Source of the DNA: Mizuhopecten yessoensis
Taxonomy: Eukaryota
Reading direction: 5' to 3'
DNA: 64,000 nucleotides
Assembly: GCF_002113885.1 (NCBI RefSeq)
Contig: NW_018407155.1
Coordinates: forward strand, 561,097-625,096
Part shown: piece after piece, positions 25,904 through 39,167 of the stretch
How the letters are laid out: each line of letters begins with the position of its first letter
Position numbering within the stretch: the first letter of the stretch is position 1
The notes under the pieces: model-generated
What the model was told of the DNA's origin: nothing
What the model saw: only the letters and a program-made list of their open reading frames with translations
Databases searched by the model: none
Program-made: the position numbers and the translations under genes

Positions 25904-25994
25904 TTAACTCATTCACCCCTGAAATTTCATAATGAACTATTCTCACCTTTGAATTGGTAGAGTCCAAATGTGTCTTCAGGGGTGAATGAGTAAA
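25904..25994 (+). mobile_element. 83-bp TTAA hairpin MITE, subfamily A
   Basis: Both TIRs. Confidence 0.92.
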
Positions 25995-27351
25995 GGGAAG
26001 GTTACTGTATGTACATATGGGATAATGAGCAAAAAGGCCAGGTGGTAGAAAAACAAAATACTATTTCTTGTCTTTTGTGATTTGTTTTCTGGACATGTAC
26101 AACGTATTTGGCCTTGGATCTCGAGGTTAATTTTGATATATTTCTGATTATATTGGAGTCTATTCGCCTGACACCTGTAGTTTATACATTTCTGGACACT
26201 TTTGATTAGTTTGGCCTTCTGGACTCCTGCCTTATTGTGATATACACCAATACCCTTCACTCTGTTGTTCGCTATGTTAATTGTGATGAATTGTTGAAGA
26301 CTTTTGATTAGTTTGGCCTTCTTGACTTCTGCTTTTTGTGATATATACTAATGCCCTTCACTGTACTGCCTGGTATCTACACCCCACCCCTAGCTCAGGC
26401 CTACGGTAAGAGATGTATGACCAGGGGTACAGAGTATCCTTTACCCATTATCTCCAAACTTGTGATAAAACTCAGGTTTTTCATTTAGAAACTTTCCCCA
26501 TTGATGCTAATGATGCTGGAATCTTGTCTGGATCTTCATCAGTCGGTATGTGCAGTGACCTTGAAATTGGGGCAAAGTCATTCATTTGAATTCTGAAGCC
26601 ACTAATGAGGGACTGCTGTTCTGTAATCTCGTCCTGGTTGAGTTTATACCACAAGGCCAAACTGTTCCGATTCTTTGTACAACTGTTCTTGTACCATTGC
26701 TGGCACCATTGGCAATCTTGAACACTTTAATTATATTTGTTGTAACACTTACCAATGTTGATTTTGTCCTCGCAACAAAGATGACAGTTAATTAAGTGTT
26801 TTAATTTTCTGTTGGTCTATTTACACTTTCATCCACACAACGTTTTCATCAAGACTTTGTGTATAACTCTTTTTATCAAATTCATGAATGTATATATCTT
26901 CAGAAGAACTAGGCCAATTCATCTTTTGTAGGTCACTGTGACCTATTATTCCTTGTTCACTGACTTTCGTTAGACTTCATTAGTAACTATAGACAAATTA
27001 AGTCTTTGTGATTAGCAAAATTTCCATCAAGGCAGGAGTAAATGTATTTTAAGTATGTTTTACGAAAAAGATATTTTGGAGAAAATTTATTATATTTTCC
27101 TGGTAACTTTGTTTTCTGGTGATTTTGTGGACATGTGTAAGTCTAGGAATTACTGTGGAGGTGTTACTGCAGTGTAGACAATACATGTCTATAGATTTAC
27201 TGTTGTATACAGGCCAGTGTACATGCTGTAGTGTTATGGCCCCTATATGTGTGGTGTGTGATAGCCTGCTTGGCATCTGGATGTAAGATGGCATGACAGC
27301 CTGCTATTTAGACTGGACACAGCTATGTTGGGTAAACAATCAGCTGTGATA

Positions 27352-27565
27352 ACACTCACTGCTCAGGACCCTATACTGGAGAAATAGGAAACTTTTAACC
27401 TCTAGGGAGCTGATGCATCAAAGTGTTACACTCACTGCTCAGGACCCTATACTGGAGAAATAGGAAACTTTTAACCTCCAGGGAGCTGATGCATCAGAGT
27501 GTTACACTCAACCACTGGGGACCTTATACATGGAAGTGTTACACTCAACCACTGGGGACCTTTAA
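27352..27565. repeat. ~76-bp duplication plus degenerate partial units
   Basis: ACACTCACTGCTCAGGACCCTATACTGGAGAAATAGG occurs twice. Confidence 0.85.
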
Positions 27566-27889
27566 CATAAGAAATATAACACTTTGAACATACTCTACTT
27601 AATTCCCTCTGTATTCAATATAGTATGATTTAAAAAAAAAAAATGCACATACATATATGCAGCTTGCATTAGTCAAGGAGTATATATATAAGTAAGACTT
27701 CTTTAAAGGGCAAGTGTTAATATGCATGGTTATTCAAACTTTCAACATTTAAAGTAAAGATGTAAAATGATGCAATACTATCATTGAAAGATTGCATAGG
27801 GATTCATGTACAGATAATAAATTTCCTTCAGTTTTCGTGCATAAACAGATTAATTTAATGTCTGTACGACTACAAAGGTGAATGTTTTT

Positions 27890-27968
27890 TTATCACTATA
27901 GACCATAATGGACTTACCCAGATCAATGCATGGTAGAGTTTATTATAGCTACATAGGGGTGAAAGGGT
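27890..27968 (-). mobile_element. 83-bp hairpin MITE, subfamily C, degenerate
   Basis: TAGACCATAATGGACT...ACATAGGGGTGAAAGGG. Confidence 0.8.
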
Positions 27969-28088
27969 GTAAATAGCTGTTCTACATTTTGTTCTGGATA
28001 AAAAGTGTTATCAAGAAAATTGATAAAGATATAAAAAAAAATATTGGCAAGATGCAACAGCCAGACACTGGTAATAAATCTGTTCTAG

Positions 28089-28179
28089 TAAAGTCATTCA
28101 CCCCTGACATTTCATAATGAACTATTCCAATCTTTGAATTGGAAGAGTTTAAATGTGTATTTAGAGGTAAATTGGTTAA
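28089..28179 (+). mobile_element. 83-bp hairpin MITE, subfamily A, degenerate right TIR
   Basis: TCATTCACCCCTGACATTTCATAATGAAC... Confidence 0.85.
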
Positions 28180-28585
28180 GTCTAGTTAAATCTTGTTATG
28201 TTCAATAATATAGGACATCATATATATAGAAAACAAGCTGTCTCATGGTTTGTAAGCATGTTGACACAATCCCTGACTCCCTCCCCAACCTCCATCAATC
28301 CCCACCTCACACACCCAATTAAAAAAAAGCTAGACAAAAAACCTGTAAGACGTGAACGCCCCTTTAGCTCTGTGGTTGACCTATAAATAGCAACAGTGAG
28401 TGACCTTGGCATTGATATTGTGACCCTGAAATGCAAACTTATTCACCGATTTTTGATACTTAACCTTTGTATATAATTTAATGGAAATCTGTTGATTAAG
28501 GAAGTCAGTAGAGTGGTGACAAGGAATCGGGACATGACAGACACGAGTAACATGTTATGCCCCCCTCCCCCTCCTTCGAAAAATG

Positions 28586-28777
28586 CTATTCCGTCCTTGC
28601 GTATTGCAGAGTTATCTTCTTTTGGGAGCAGGTATTGATTGTTACGTCATTGGTCTGTGTGAGAAAATTACGACGTTTTCTCAAAAATTGATGACGTTAT
28701 TCTCACAAACAGGTGACATAACAATCAATACCTGCTCCCAAGAGAAGATAACTCTGCAATATGCAAAGACGGAATAG
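28586..28777. mobile_element. 192-bp foldback element with ~65-bp inverted arms
   Basis: CTATTCCGTCCTTGCGTATTGCAGAGTTATCTTCT..GGGAGCAGGTATTGATTGTTA is mirrored by TAACAATCAATACCTGCTCCC..AGAAGATAACTCTGCAATATGCAAAGACGGAATAG. Confidence 0.88.
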
Positions 28778-29134
28778 GCATAAAAAGAATTTAAGTCTTC
28801 TATTTGTCATGTGTTTTGTCCATTGCTTTTGAATTGGAGAGCATGCATGGTCTTAGTTTTGATAATCAAAAAGGAGATTCTTTGACTAGCTTGTTGTAAA
28901 TCTGTCGGTAAAACTACCACTGGAACCAGGACTGTCAGAGGAATTTTTGACAGAGCACCGCTTTCATCTACAAAAGTAAATATTGACATTTTAATTTTGA
29001 GATTGCATCTGAGTGTGGATCCAAACACCAAACACAACAAAAACTCATGTGTACACATTCAGAATAAATATAAATCTCATTAAGAAATTGATTGATAAAA
29101 TGCAGGGCACTGCATAACACAAATAGAATATTCA

Positions 29135-29225
29135 TTAACCCTTTCACCCCTAAGTAACTTTAGTAGACTCTCCCATGTATTAATATGGATGAGTCTAATA
29201 TGGTCTACAGTGGTGAAAGGGTTAA
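29135..29225 (+). mobile_element. 83-bp TTAA hairpin MITE, subfamily C, complete
   Basis: TTAA CCCTTTCACC ... GGTGAAAGGG TTAA, piggyBac-like ends. Confidence 0.95.
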
Positions 29226-30438
29226 ATGATCAGGCAGAATTAGAATGTCCAATGATCAAACTATCGGACAGGAATGAAATAAAAGAAAATATAGTATTAG
29301 GTTATCACAGAGAAATTACCGGACTTGTTTAGAAGTGCAGCACACATTGTATAGGACATTATGGGATGGGGGGTGTTTGCTAGGTCATTCAACTTGTGAT
29401 TAAACACTAGAAATCACATGTTTGACTGCCACTACAGCTGAAATTTGATTCCGTAAATTAAAAAATATTCCGTTCTTTAAACCATTCAATTTGTTAATGG
29501 GTTTCTGCCTGGCACAACACAGAACATTATTTGAAAATATTTGCTTTTAGATTTTTGTTGTTTGCACAAAAGTAGCGAAATATTGGAAATTCATTGAAAA
29601 AAACATAAAATAGAAATGAGGTTGCTCAAATACAATTGGAAAATTGGCATCAAATGAAAATACAGTTTCATCACTTCATTGATTGCCTGTAATAAACAGG
29701 TAATTACACAAATTAATATTGTTTCTGATTCACGCTTTGAAAGTCAACATTTCATTGTGTTGACATATAGGACTGAACATTTTAAATATGGTGTAGAATC
29801 CAAATAAAGGGGGACAACTCCAATAATTGAAACCAGATGACAGTAATTCACTCTCGCTTCCTGGAGATGGCATAAATAACCTTTGAACTTTATACATTAC
29901 GATTTGTTTATTGATGCAGACTCTCAATGTTTTTTGTAGATTTAGAAATAAAACCGAGTTACAGCATTTTATTCCAAACTTAAATGTCAGCCTGTCAGAG
30001 GGGGAAGAGACGGAGGAGAAATTAACTACATGTGTTATCTAATGGTATACAGACCTTGTACATACCAGCTTATACCAGGGATCTAAAATCTGTCAAAGAA
30101 TATGTGCAGCTATTTGAATTGTTTGCCTGTCATTCGAGTGTGCAGTAATCGTGGTAGACCCTGGTGCATGGTTAACACATGTAGGTAATAGCTCTGGAAT
30201 GATTTGTAATGAGCTCACCTGGACATCACTCTCATGTTTACTGGTGCACATGGCATTGTTTGGCTGACTCACCTACATAATTGTTTCTTGAATGAAAAAA
30301 AAAGAAGATGAAAGCATAATTGTATTTATGAATTAACATAAATATGAATGACTTGTTTGTGGAGGGTCTTGGGTCCTTACAACAGTTAACGTTCTAGGAA
30401 GAGGGTGTCCACAGAGGATCAGGCTAATAGAAGGCTGC

Positions 30439-30529
30439 TTAACCCATTCACACCTAAAGTCACATTTGAACCTTACCAAAGCATAGACTGGGCATGTCCA
30501 GTTTAAATAGTTAGGGGTGAATGAGTTAA
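30439..30529 (-). mobile_element. 83-bp TTAA hairpin MITE, subfamily B
   Basis: TTAA CCCATTCAC ... GTGAATGAG TTAA. Confidence 0.9.
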
Positions 30530-30910
30530 GGATCCCCGTACTACTGCCAAAAAACGAAACTATGCTTTTAAACCAATATTTTCTGGCATGACTATAGCTT
30601 TGATAAATAACTTTTGAAAAGAAATTAAACCATTCCTGGTGGGATTTTTATGAGAAAGGAAATTAAGGGGAGGTAACTATATAGAAAAAACACAGTGCAG
30701 TGGTACATGGATCCTTAAGGAGGTTAAGGGGAGGTTACTGTGTATAGGTAAAACTACAGTGCAGTGGGACAGGGATACTTAAGGAGGTTAAGGGGAGGTT
30801 ACTGTGTATAGGTAAAACCACAGTGCAGTGGGACAGGGATCCTAAAGGAAGTTAAGGGGAGGTTACTGTATATAGGAAAAACCACAGTGTAGTGGGACAG
30901 GGATCCTTAA
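30526..30910. mobile_element. TTAA-flanked element with GG...CC ends (Kolobok-like) whose right end is amplified as 64 bp x4
   Basis: TTAA GGATCCCCGTACTACTG pairs with CAGTGGTACATGGATCC TTAA (30698-30718). Units start at 30663, 30724, 30788 and 30852. Confidence 0.7.
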
Positions 30911-32497
30911 ACATGTCACAGCACATCAGTATCATTACCTGGACACTGCAGCAGGGAAAAACAAGTTTAAAATAAAAGTAAATAGTATGTGTTTTTTTTA
31001 TTACAGACTTTACGAAATTTAAAGAAAAGGCAAACAAAATGCGATTACAGAGTGATGGTATATGAAACATTTGGAAACTGGAGATTATTTGATTAACTGT
31101 TGTGAAGGACTTTGTAGTCAGAAATAAAACATGGAATATTTCTTTATTTGCCTGAAGTCTTTTCTGTCCTGTTGATAACACCAGTATTTTTGTGATAGAA
31201 AAAATCAATTTGTATCCCCGGGTTTGAGCTTTTCCAAACATAATGCTGTTACTTTCACTAATTACGAACTGAAAATCAAATAGAAAAGAAATAAAAAGAT
31301 CTTGGCTCCTTGTGAAGGTATTTTTGTCTGGAAGCATATCTTGTCAATTATCTCTGGCTAGAAGCTCTCTTTGCTTACAGTCAGACTGGTTCAGGGTTTG
31401 GCAGGATATATATATAAATTTTGACTCAATACTTTCTATAGCATAAAATAACTTTATTGAAAATATTGAAATTTTGTTATAACCGTATATGCAATACGGT
31501 TTCGCAACATATTTCTGTGGGGATGATATTTTTGCGATTTCGCAGATTAATAACTTGATTGCAAAAAAATGACAAGCGTAAAAATGTGACGTTATAATAA
31601 CTTCATACACTTACTTGTTGTTGCTTTCTATGCTGCCATTAAGCCTATTCCTTTGACTGTTTGACACTTTATTTGCCGAGTGTCCAGTTGTTGTGCTAAA
31701 ACACTGCGAAAATTTAGTTCTTTCACATGTCTAGATCATGATTATATCATCCGTGTAAATTTAATTTTCTAATTTTGGGACAAAATTGCAAAAATTTAAG
31801 ACTGTGAATAACCTTGGTAATTATAAAAATCATATCGCAAATTGCTGTATTTTACCTAAAAGTAAAGGAAAGTTACATATGTAAATGTTATTCAGGGAAA
31901 CACTGATGCATTTTTTAATGGGGAGGATATCAAAGCCTCATTTTCACATTCGTTAATTGTGTCAAAGTCGTATTTGTTACCGTGGTTATGAACTTCTACA
32001 AGATGATGTGCTGTATTTAATGAATAGATAGACCCTGATAGCCTCAGTAATCATTTCATATCCAGGACCTGATGCTCTGGGTAATTATTTCATCAGGGAC
32101 ATGATGCGCTACAGAATTATTTTGTGCAGTACTTAGACATTGATGGTAGTCTCTGTAATTATTTCAGTCATATAGTCCTACTCTTGGAACATGTTTTCAT
32201 TGGGAGATGTTTATAGGCAAGAGGGTGAAATTGATGTGGAGGAAATTAATGTTAGGGAAAAATGATATTGAGATGGATGAGAGAGGTGAAGGGGAGGGGG
32301 TAAAGGTGACTTAGTATACAGAAATACAACAGTACATCACTGTGTAGGGTTCAATCAATGACAGTTGGAACCACATCATGAGGACTGCTGATCCTCTATA
32401 ACCAGTAGATTACATTGAGATCTGTGTCACAACTAGATAGCCTGCTGTTAGGCACACTTGTGTAATCCCTTTACATTTTGATTGACAGAAGAATATT

Positions 32498-32630
32498 TAG
32501 ACTGGCCACCAGTCCCTAAGATTTTGTGAAGAATTTCCCATCTGCATTTTACTTCTAGGTTATCTCCCCTTATTTTGAGAACTTTTGAGTTTCGATCTTG
32601 AATCAGACATCCAAATGATCAAAATTAACT
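32498..32630. mobile_element. Truncated, inverted copy of the 17338 MITE family
   Basis: TAGACTGGCCACCAGTCCCTAAG...CAGACATCCAAATGATCAAAATTA. Confidence 0.75.
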
Positions 32631-32826
32631 TTTACTGAAAAATTCCTTTGTATGTTTCCCTTAATTATCACCTTATTCCTTTATAATGACTGAATTGTGG
32701 AAAAATATTATAATGGCAGGATAAAATATTATAATGGCAGGATAAAATATTATAATGGCAGGATAATGATGTCTTACTGTAATTGTAAAGAGCTATATGT
32801 GTGATGGTTACTGTCCTCCTAGACTT

Positions 32827-32917
32827 AAACTCATTCACCCCTATAATTTCTAAAATGGACTTGCCCAGCCTTTGATTTGGTAAGATTCAAATGTGACTGT
32901 AGGGGTGAATGGGTTAA
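32827..32917 (+). mobile_element. 83-bp TTAA hairpin MITE, subfamily B
   Basis: CTCATTCACCCCTA...TAGGGGTGAATGGG TTAA. Confidence 0.9.
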
Positions 32918-33828
32918 TAACTGTATTCCTTACTTGTTGCTATACTGGCGTTTCTTCCTGTCAAACATGACAACTTATTTTGGTAGTTATAACTCTGGGA
33001 CCTGTAAACATTTCTGACCAAGACTTTCCATTTTCTCATCATTCCTGACCTAGATTTGACCTGAACCATTTTGCTGACCCTATCTAGAGGTTGTATAAAT
33101 ATATAATATCCCTTTCATCAATCTTCGGACTGTCGTTCACTTTGTAGGGACTAGTTGGTATATGTAGTGGAATCGACTTTATATACAAACTGCCCAACTT
33201 CCATCCAACGTATTTAACAGGATGTGTGATCTGAGAGGAAGGTCACAGAGGTCATGCTATGAGAGGTCACAGGTTGTGAGGTGACAATGGTCAGACTGTA
33301 AAAGGTCATTGCGGTTTGTAAGGTCAAGCTTTGATAGGTCACAGGTCGTGAGGTGATGCTGTGATTGATTCTTGATGTCACGGCTGTCCGTGAAAACTAC
33401 ACTACGACACACTGAGGTTCTCATCAAAAGAGGTTTTTGAAAGATGAGGAAGCTTAAAATTATATATAGAATCAAAGTCATGTTGGATGGGAAATCACAA
33501 CTAATGTCATGGGTGTTACTTAAAGGTATTTTCAAAAAAAAAACAAAACCAAAAAACCAAAAAAAAAATCTGTCGCATTCAGACAACAGAACAAATCTTT
33601 GAAATCATATTTGAGAAATGAGAACGATGCTGTGCGTTTGGATAAGACAAGTTATACTGTGCACATTTGCCTAGCAGTATAGCATCAGTACTATTATACA
33701 AATTGTGTAGTATCAGGATATGTCCGTATTTGTATGACATTAGCTATTGCAATGACATTGAATCTCATACAAACAAAAATGGATGTATATAGTATCCGTA
33801 AAATACCAGTATAGTTCCAGTGGTACAG

Positions 33829-35452
33829 CACAGCATCAGTGGGCATCAGAGACTGTACTCTACAACATCAGTGGGCATCAGAGACTGTACTCTACAGCAT
33901 CAGTGGGCATCAGGGACTGTACCCTACAGCATCAGTGGACATCAGAGACTGTACTCTACAGCATCAGTGGACATCAGAGACTGTACTCTACAGCATCAGT
34001 GGGCCTCAGAGACTGTACTCTACAGCATCAGTGTGCATCAGAGACTACTCTACAGCATCAGTGGGCATCAGAGACTATACTCTACAGCATCAGTGGGCAT
34101 CAGAGACTGTACTCTACAGAATCAGTGGGCATCAGAGACTGTACACTACAGCATCAGTGGGCATCAGAGACTGTACTCTACAGCATCAGAGGGCATCAGA
34201 GACTGTACTCTACAGCATCAGGGGGCATCAGAGACTACCCTACAGCATCAGTGGGCATCAGAGACTGTCTCTACAGCATCAGTGGGCATCAGAGACTCTA
34301 CTCTACAGCATCAGTGGGCATCAGAGCCTGTACTCTACAGCATCAGTGGGCATCAGAGGCTACTCTACAGCATCAGTGGGCATCAGAGACGTTACTCTAC
34401 AGCATCAGTGGGCATCAGAGACTATCCTCTACAGCATCAGTGGGCATCAGAGACTCTACTCTATAGCATCAGTGGGCATCAGAGACTGTACTCCACAGCA
34501 TCCGTGGGCATCAGAGACTGTACCCTACAGCATCAGTGGCCATCAGAGACTGTACTCTACAGCATCAGTGGGCATCCGAGACTGTACCCTACAGCATCAG
34601 TGGACATCAGAGACTGTCCTCTACAGCATCAGTGGGCATCAGAGACTGGACTCTACAAAATCAGTGGGCATCAGAGACTGTACACTACAGCATCAGTGGG
34701 CATCAGAGACTGTCTCTACAGCATCAGTGGGCATCAGAGACTCTACTCTACAGCATCAGTGGGCATCAGAGCCTGTACTCTACAGAATCAGTGGGCATCA
34801 GAGCCTGTACACTACAGCATCAGTGGGCATCAGAGACTGTCCCCTACAGCATCAGTGGACATCAGAGACTACTCTACAGCATCAGTGGGCATCAGAGCCT
34901 GTACTCTACAGCATCAGTGGGCATCAGAGACTATCCTCTACAGCATCAGTGGGCATCAGAGACTGTACTCCACAGCATCCGTGGGCATCAGAGACTGTAC
35001 CCTACAGCATCAGTGGCCATCAGAGACTGTACTCTACAGCATCAGTCGGCATCAGAGACTGTACTCTACAGCATCAGCGGGCATCAGAGACTGTACTCTA
35101 CAGCATCAGCGGGCATCAGAGACTGTACTCTACAGCATCCGTGGGCATCAGAGACTACTCTACAGCATCAGGGGGCATCAGAGACTACCCTACAGCATCA
35201 GTGGGCATCAGAGACTACCCTACAGCATCAGTGGGCATCAGAGACTGTCTCTACAGCATCAGTGGGCATCAGAGACTCTACTCTACAGCATCAGTGGGCA
35301 TCAGAGACGTTACTCTACAGCATCAGTGGGCATCAGAGACTATCCTCTACAGCATCAGTGGGCATCAGAGACTGAACTCTACAGCATCAGGGGGCATCAG
35401 AGACTACTCTACAGCATCAGTGGGCATCAGAGACTGTACTCTACAGCATCAG
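33829..35452. repeat. 32-bp minisatellite with 29/30-bp variants, ~51 copies
   Basis: Unit TACAGCATCAGTGGGCATCAGAGACTGTACTC. It is the source of the 551 and 563 aa pseudo-ORFs. Confidence 0.97.
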
Positions 35453-36921
35453 TACTGCTCAGCCTCCCACATTCCTGTAGCATTGAGTCAGTAGATCTGG
35501 GCATTGACTAGATATGATGATGTGCCAGATAAAGAGGATCATAAATTATATAGGGGGGGGCCCTATCTATTGCCTGTGTGAATAACTTAATATCATAATT
35601 TGATCTACGGCCCCTTAATGGTCTGAACTGTTCATTAAATGTTGACCCCCCCTCCATGCACACACCAATTACTACACACAGAATCGGCTGGCTGCAGACA
35701 TCACGTCTACTGTGATTCACTTACTCCCTAAATCATTGTGATACCATGCAGTTTGGACATCCCGTTAGAGTTCCTAACATCCCGTTAGAGTTCCTAACAT
35801 AGATGTTTCCTGCACCAGCATTTCACCATGAAAAAGATAAACAATTATCATGTCCAAGACAACAACAGTTCAAAAAAAAAATTAAAAAATTTCGGCTTCA
35901 TCTGAAAAATGAAATTAGAAATGACAATATCTTAGGAAGATAAGGCTGTAAATTTGCAAAATAGTTAAAGAGACGCAAACCAAACCTCTCATTAGTAAAC
36001 TTCAATAGATATTGATCTTCTTCCTCTTTAAGGTCTGTTACACAGACCTATTACCAGTTGAAAAAAGCCCCTCTGAATTCCACCAACTTGTTGAATATTT
36101 TTGGGTATGCAAATAATTCTATAAAGTCTGGAAAAATAAATCAAATAAAGCATTCCATTTCACAATTACAGGAATTTTTTTCTTAGAATTACTGATTTTT
36201 CTTAATTTCCATTCAGTGTCGACTGTTTCCCAGAATGCACTGTTAAATCCTATGTGTTAATCTATGATGGAAGTAGATGATTTATCAGAATTACGATGAA
36301 AACGAGAAAGGTATCATGCCCTTAAAATCTGTTCATTGTAAAAGTCCTTAAAAGGTGACGTGACCTTAAATTCTATTTACTGCAGAAAATTCACAGAAAT
36401 TAATGAAATTTGTGTGTGAAATATTGGTATGAACCGAGTACCTGTCCTTTAGCGAAAGAAGATTACAGAACGACACGTTAATCTCTACAGCAACTGTTTG
36501 AACGTCTATTACAGTGAGTTTAAGTATTTCCTGACGATTGAAAGCCTGGTAATTTGTGCAGAGTTGTTTTAACACTGGGGGATGGGTATGTCATAGGTAC
36601 ACATCACAGCCCATGTGAGAACACGCGTAATAGATTATAAGTGGGGAGAGAAATCGTGGAATCGCTTCAGAAAGTCGAAAGTGGTGAGGTGTGGTACTAT
36701 TGGGGAAGCTAATTGTTGTGATGGGTAATTAAACCTGCGAGAGTCGTCCATTTTGTAGTGTGATTAGTGAGAATTTCCTTTGCTGTATCAACTAACGTAC
36801 AATAAGTTACAGCAATATTTGGAGCACTCCATATACTGGTGTTATGTACTATATAAACTGTAGTAAGAAAATGCTGTACTGTATCAACTAGTGTCAGTAA
36901 ATTACAGCAATATTTAGAACA

Positions 36922-37175
36922 CCATAATTGCCAACTCTCCCGATTTAGGAGGGAGACTCCCGATTTTGGACCCTTAAATTTGGTAGTTTCAGCCCAGAGA
37001 GTTTTCTAAACTATACTTATATGCTAAGATCTAATGATCTCATCTGAAAGATCAACTCAACATATGTAATTTTAAAGGGTTATTTGTCTCTAGGGGGTAT
37101 ATACAAACATTTTATTTGAGTGTTAATTGTGAACATTTAGAATCCCACCCATGGAAGCTTTAGAAATTTAAAATA
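36922..37175 (-). mobile_element. Inverted copy of the 4444 MITE family
   Basis: CATAATTGCCAACTCTCCCG... followed by internal CATCTGAAAGA and GTCTCTAGGGGGTATAT. Confidence 0.7.
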
Positions 37176-37674
37176 CCCATTAGGATCTCTGGATGAAGAT
37201 ATCATACGAAACAGGCTTAGAAATAATTGATCTCGTTAGTGTGGCGATATTGTCTACCTCCACTGTACTGTCTGAAGAACTACTACACTACTGTTTTAGC
37301 TCTTGTAACATTTATCAGGGAGGCCAATAAACTCGTAATTAAAATGGTGCTTTTACACGACTGGCTTTGGGAGTGTAATACAGACCTAAGGGAAGGTTTT
37401 CGTTACATAATGTACTTTTATGGCTTCAGTTATTTCCGGACGACAGAATAATGAATAAGGGATTAGTAGAATTGGGTTTTCTAGAATGCTTGATTGTTAA
37501 ATTGCCGATCAGTAGCTGTGAATGTTTATGGAGTTTGCGACAGTTTGGTGCAATTTCATGACTATAAAGTTAACTGTATTCATTGTAAAATACCCAAAAT
37601 AGGAACATCACCAGGCAATATTGTGTGGGAGAACAAAAATAAAAAGGTACCTCCTGCCTGTCCATCAAGGTCTC

Positions 37675-37765
37675 TTAACCCTTTCACTACTGTAGACCAT
37701 AATGGACTCATCCAGATCAATGCATGGTAGAGCCTACTAAAGTTACATAGGGGTGAAAGGGTTAT
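37675..37765 (-). mobile_element. 83-bp TTAA hairpin MITE, subfamily C
   Basis: Both TIRs and the left TTAA. Confidence 0.92.
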
Positions 37766-38017
37766 ACCTAAAACACAATACATGTTAGATAATAACAGAT
37801 TGTTGTCATTCAGCAGTATGGTAATTCACAAATAAAAACTGTGTAAATAAGTTTTATTAAGAAAGCGTTCCAGCTCTTTGCTCTTTGCTCTATGCTCCTA
37901 AACTAGTCTAGCGTATTGCAGACCAAATTACACTGGATCCTTCTTCCGAAGAAAGCCGAAGTCTGGTCTATTTGTCTTTGAAACTGTCCACAGCTTCTCT
38001 TAAAAACAACAACATGT

Positions 38018-38450
38018 CAGCTTTCTTTTTCTGTTGAAAGCCGTCATTGTCTATTCCAGTAAGCTGGTTTCTTTGCCTTTTTTTCCTGTTGAAAGCCTCA
38101 TGTTCTCTGTTTGAGTGAGCTGGTTTGTTGCCTTCTTTTTCTGTTAAAAGCCATCAAGTTCTCTGTTTGAGTGAGCTGGCTTGTTGCCTTCTTTTCCTGT
38201 TGAAAGCCATCAAGTTCTCTGTTTAGTGAGCTGCTTTCGTTGATTTCTTTTTCTGTTAAAAGCCATCAAGTTCTCTGTTTGATTGAGCTGGGTTTTTTTT
38301 TCTGTTGAAAGCCATCAAGTTCTCTGTTTGATTGAGCTGGGTTTTTTTTTCTGTTGAAAGCCATCAAGTTCTCTATTCGAGTGAGCTGCTTTGTTCCCTT
38401 CTTTTTTCTGTTGAAAACCATCAAGTTCTCTATCCTAATAAGCTAGTTTC
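38018..38450. repeat. ~50-56-bp degenerate tandem repeat, ~8 copies
   Basis: TTCTGTTGAAAGCCATCAAGTTCTCTGTTTGAGTGAGCTG reiterated. Confidence 0.9.
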
Positions 38451-38947
38451 ATCTTATCCAATGTTGATGTATTCCTGAGCATTACAAGGGGATGCTGTTG
38501 GAGCGCCGCTACAGCGTACCGTTACAGACTACCGTTACAGAGTACCGCTACGACAGGCGCTACGACAGGCGTTACGACAACAGCTTGTTTATTTGTGACA
38601 CTCTCAATATGGTCAGTGCTGATCTGGTTAGGCGGTATGGTTCGTCTGGCCACTTACTTATTCAACTTCAGACAAGCTGTGTACTGTAGTACAGAGAGGG
38701 CCTAGAATTATCCCGTAACACCTGAGGGTCTGTACAGAGCATAAAGATGGCTTAGATTTATGAAGGTACCATGAAAACTGCTTCAATATCAACATAAAAA
38801 AAAGAAAAAAGATGTACTACAAAAGTGCTTGAATTTGGAATAGAGTCCTGAAGAGTGGTTATATATAAAAATCAAATGGTTTAGCATGCTTGAATGTTTG
38901 TTAAAAATCTCTGCATGAACCCAAAGCTCCTTGGCAAAATAATGTTA

Positions 38948-39122
38948 CATGTGCCATCCCCTTATATAGGTGAGAATTTTACCCGTGCAGCTCATAAAAC
39001 AGGTGAGAATTTTACCTGTGCCATCCCCTTATACAGGTGAGAATTTTACCTGTGCAGCTCATTATGCAGGTGAGAATTTTACATGAGCCACCCCTGATAC
39101 AGGTGAGAATTTTACCTGTACC
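38948..39122. repeat. ~34-bp tandem repeat x5
   Basis: TGTGCCATCCCCTTATACAGGTGAGAATTTTACC. Confidence 0.9.
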
Positions 39123-39167
39123 ACAAAGCCTGTCAAAGAAAAAATTATACAACAATCTTCTGGTTAA

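Noticed and set aside
30852-31337. 161-aa minus-strand ORF
   Set aside because: The composition is AT-driven and rich in F/I/L, no domain is recognisable, and it ends in a tandem repeat.
33783-35511. ORFs of 227-563 aa as protein-coding genes
   Set aside because: They are translations of a 32-bp tandem repeat. The unit is not a multiple of three and the same peptides cycle through all frames.
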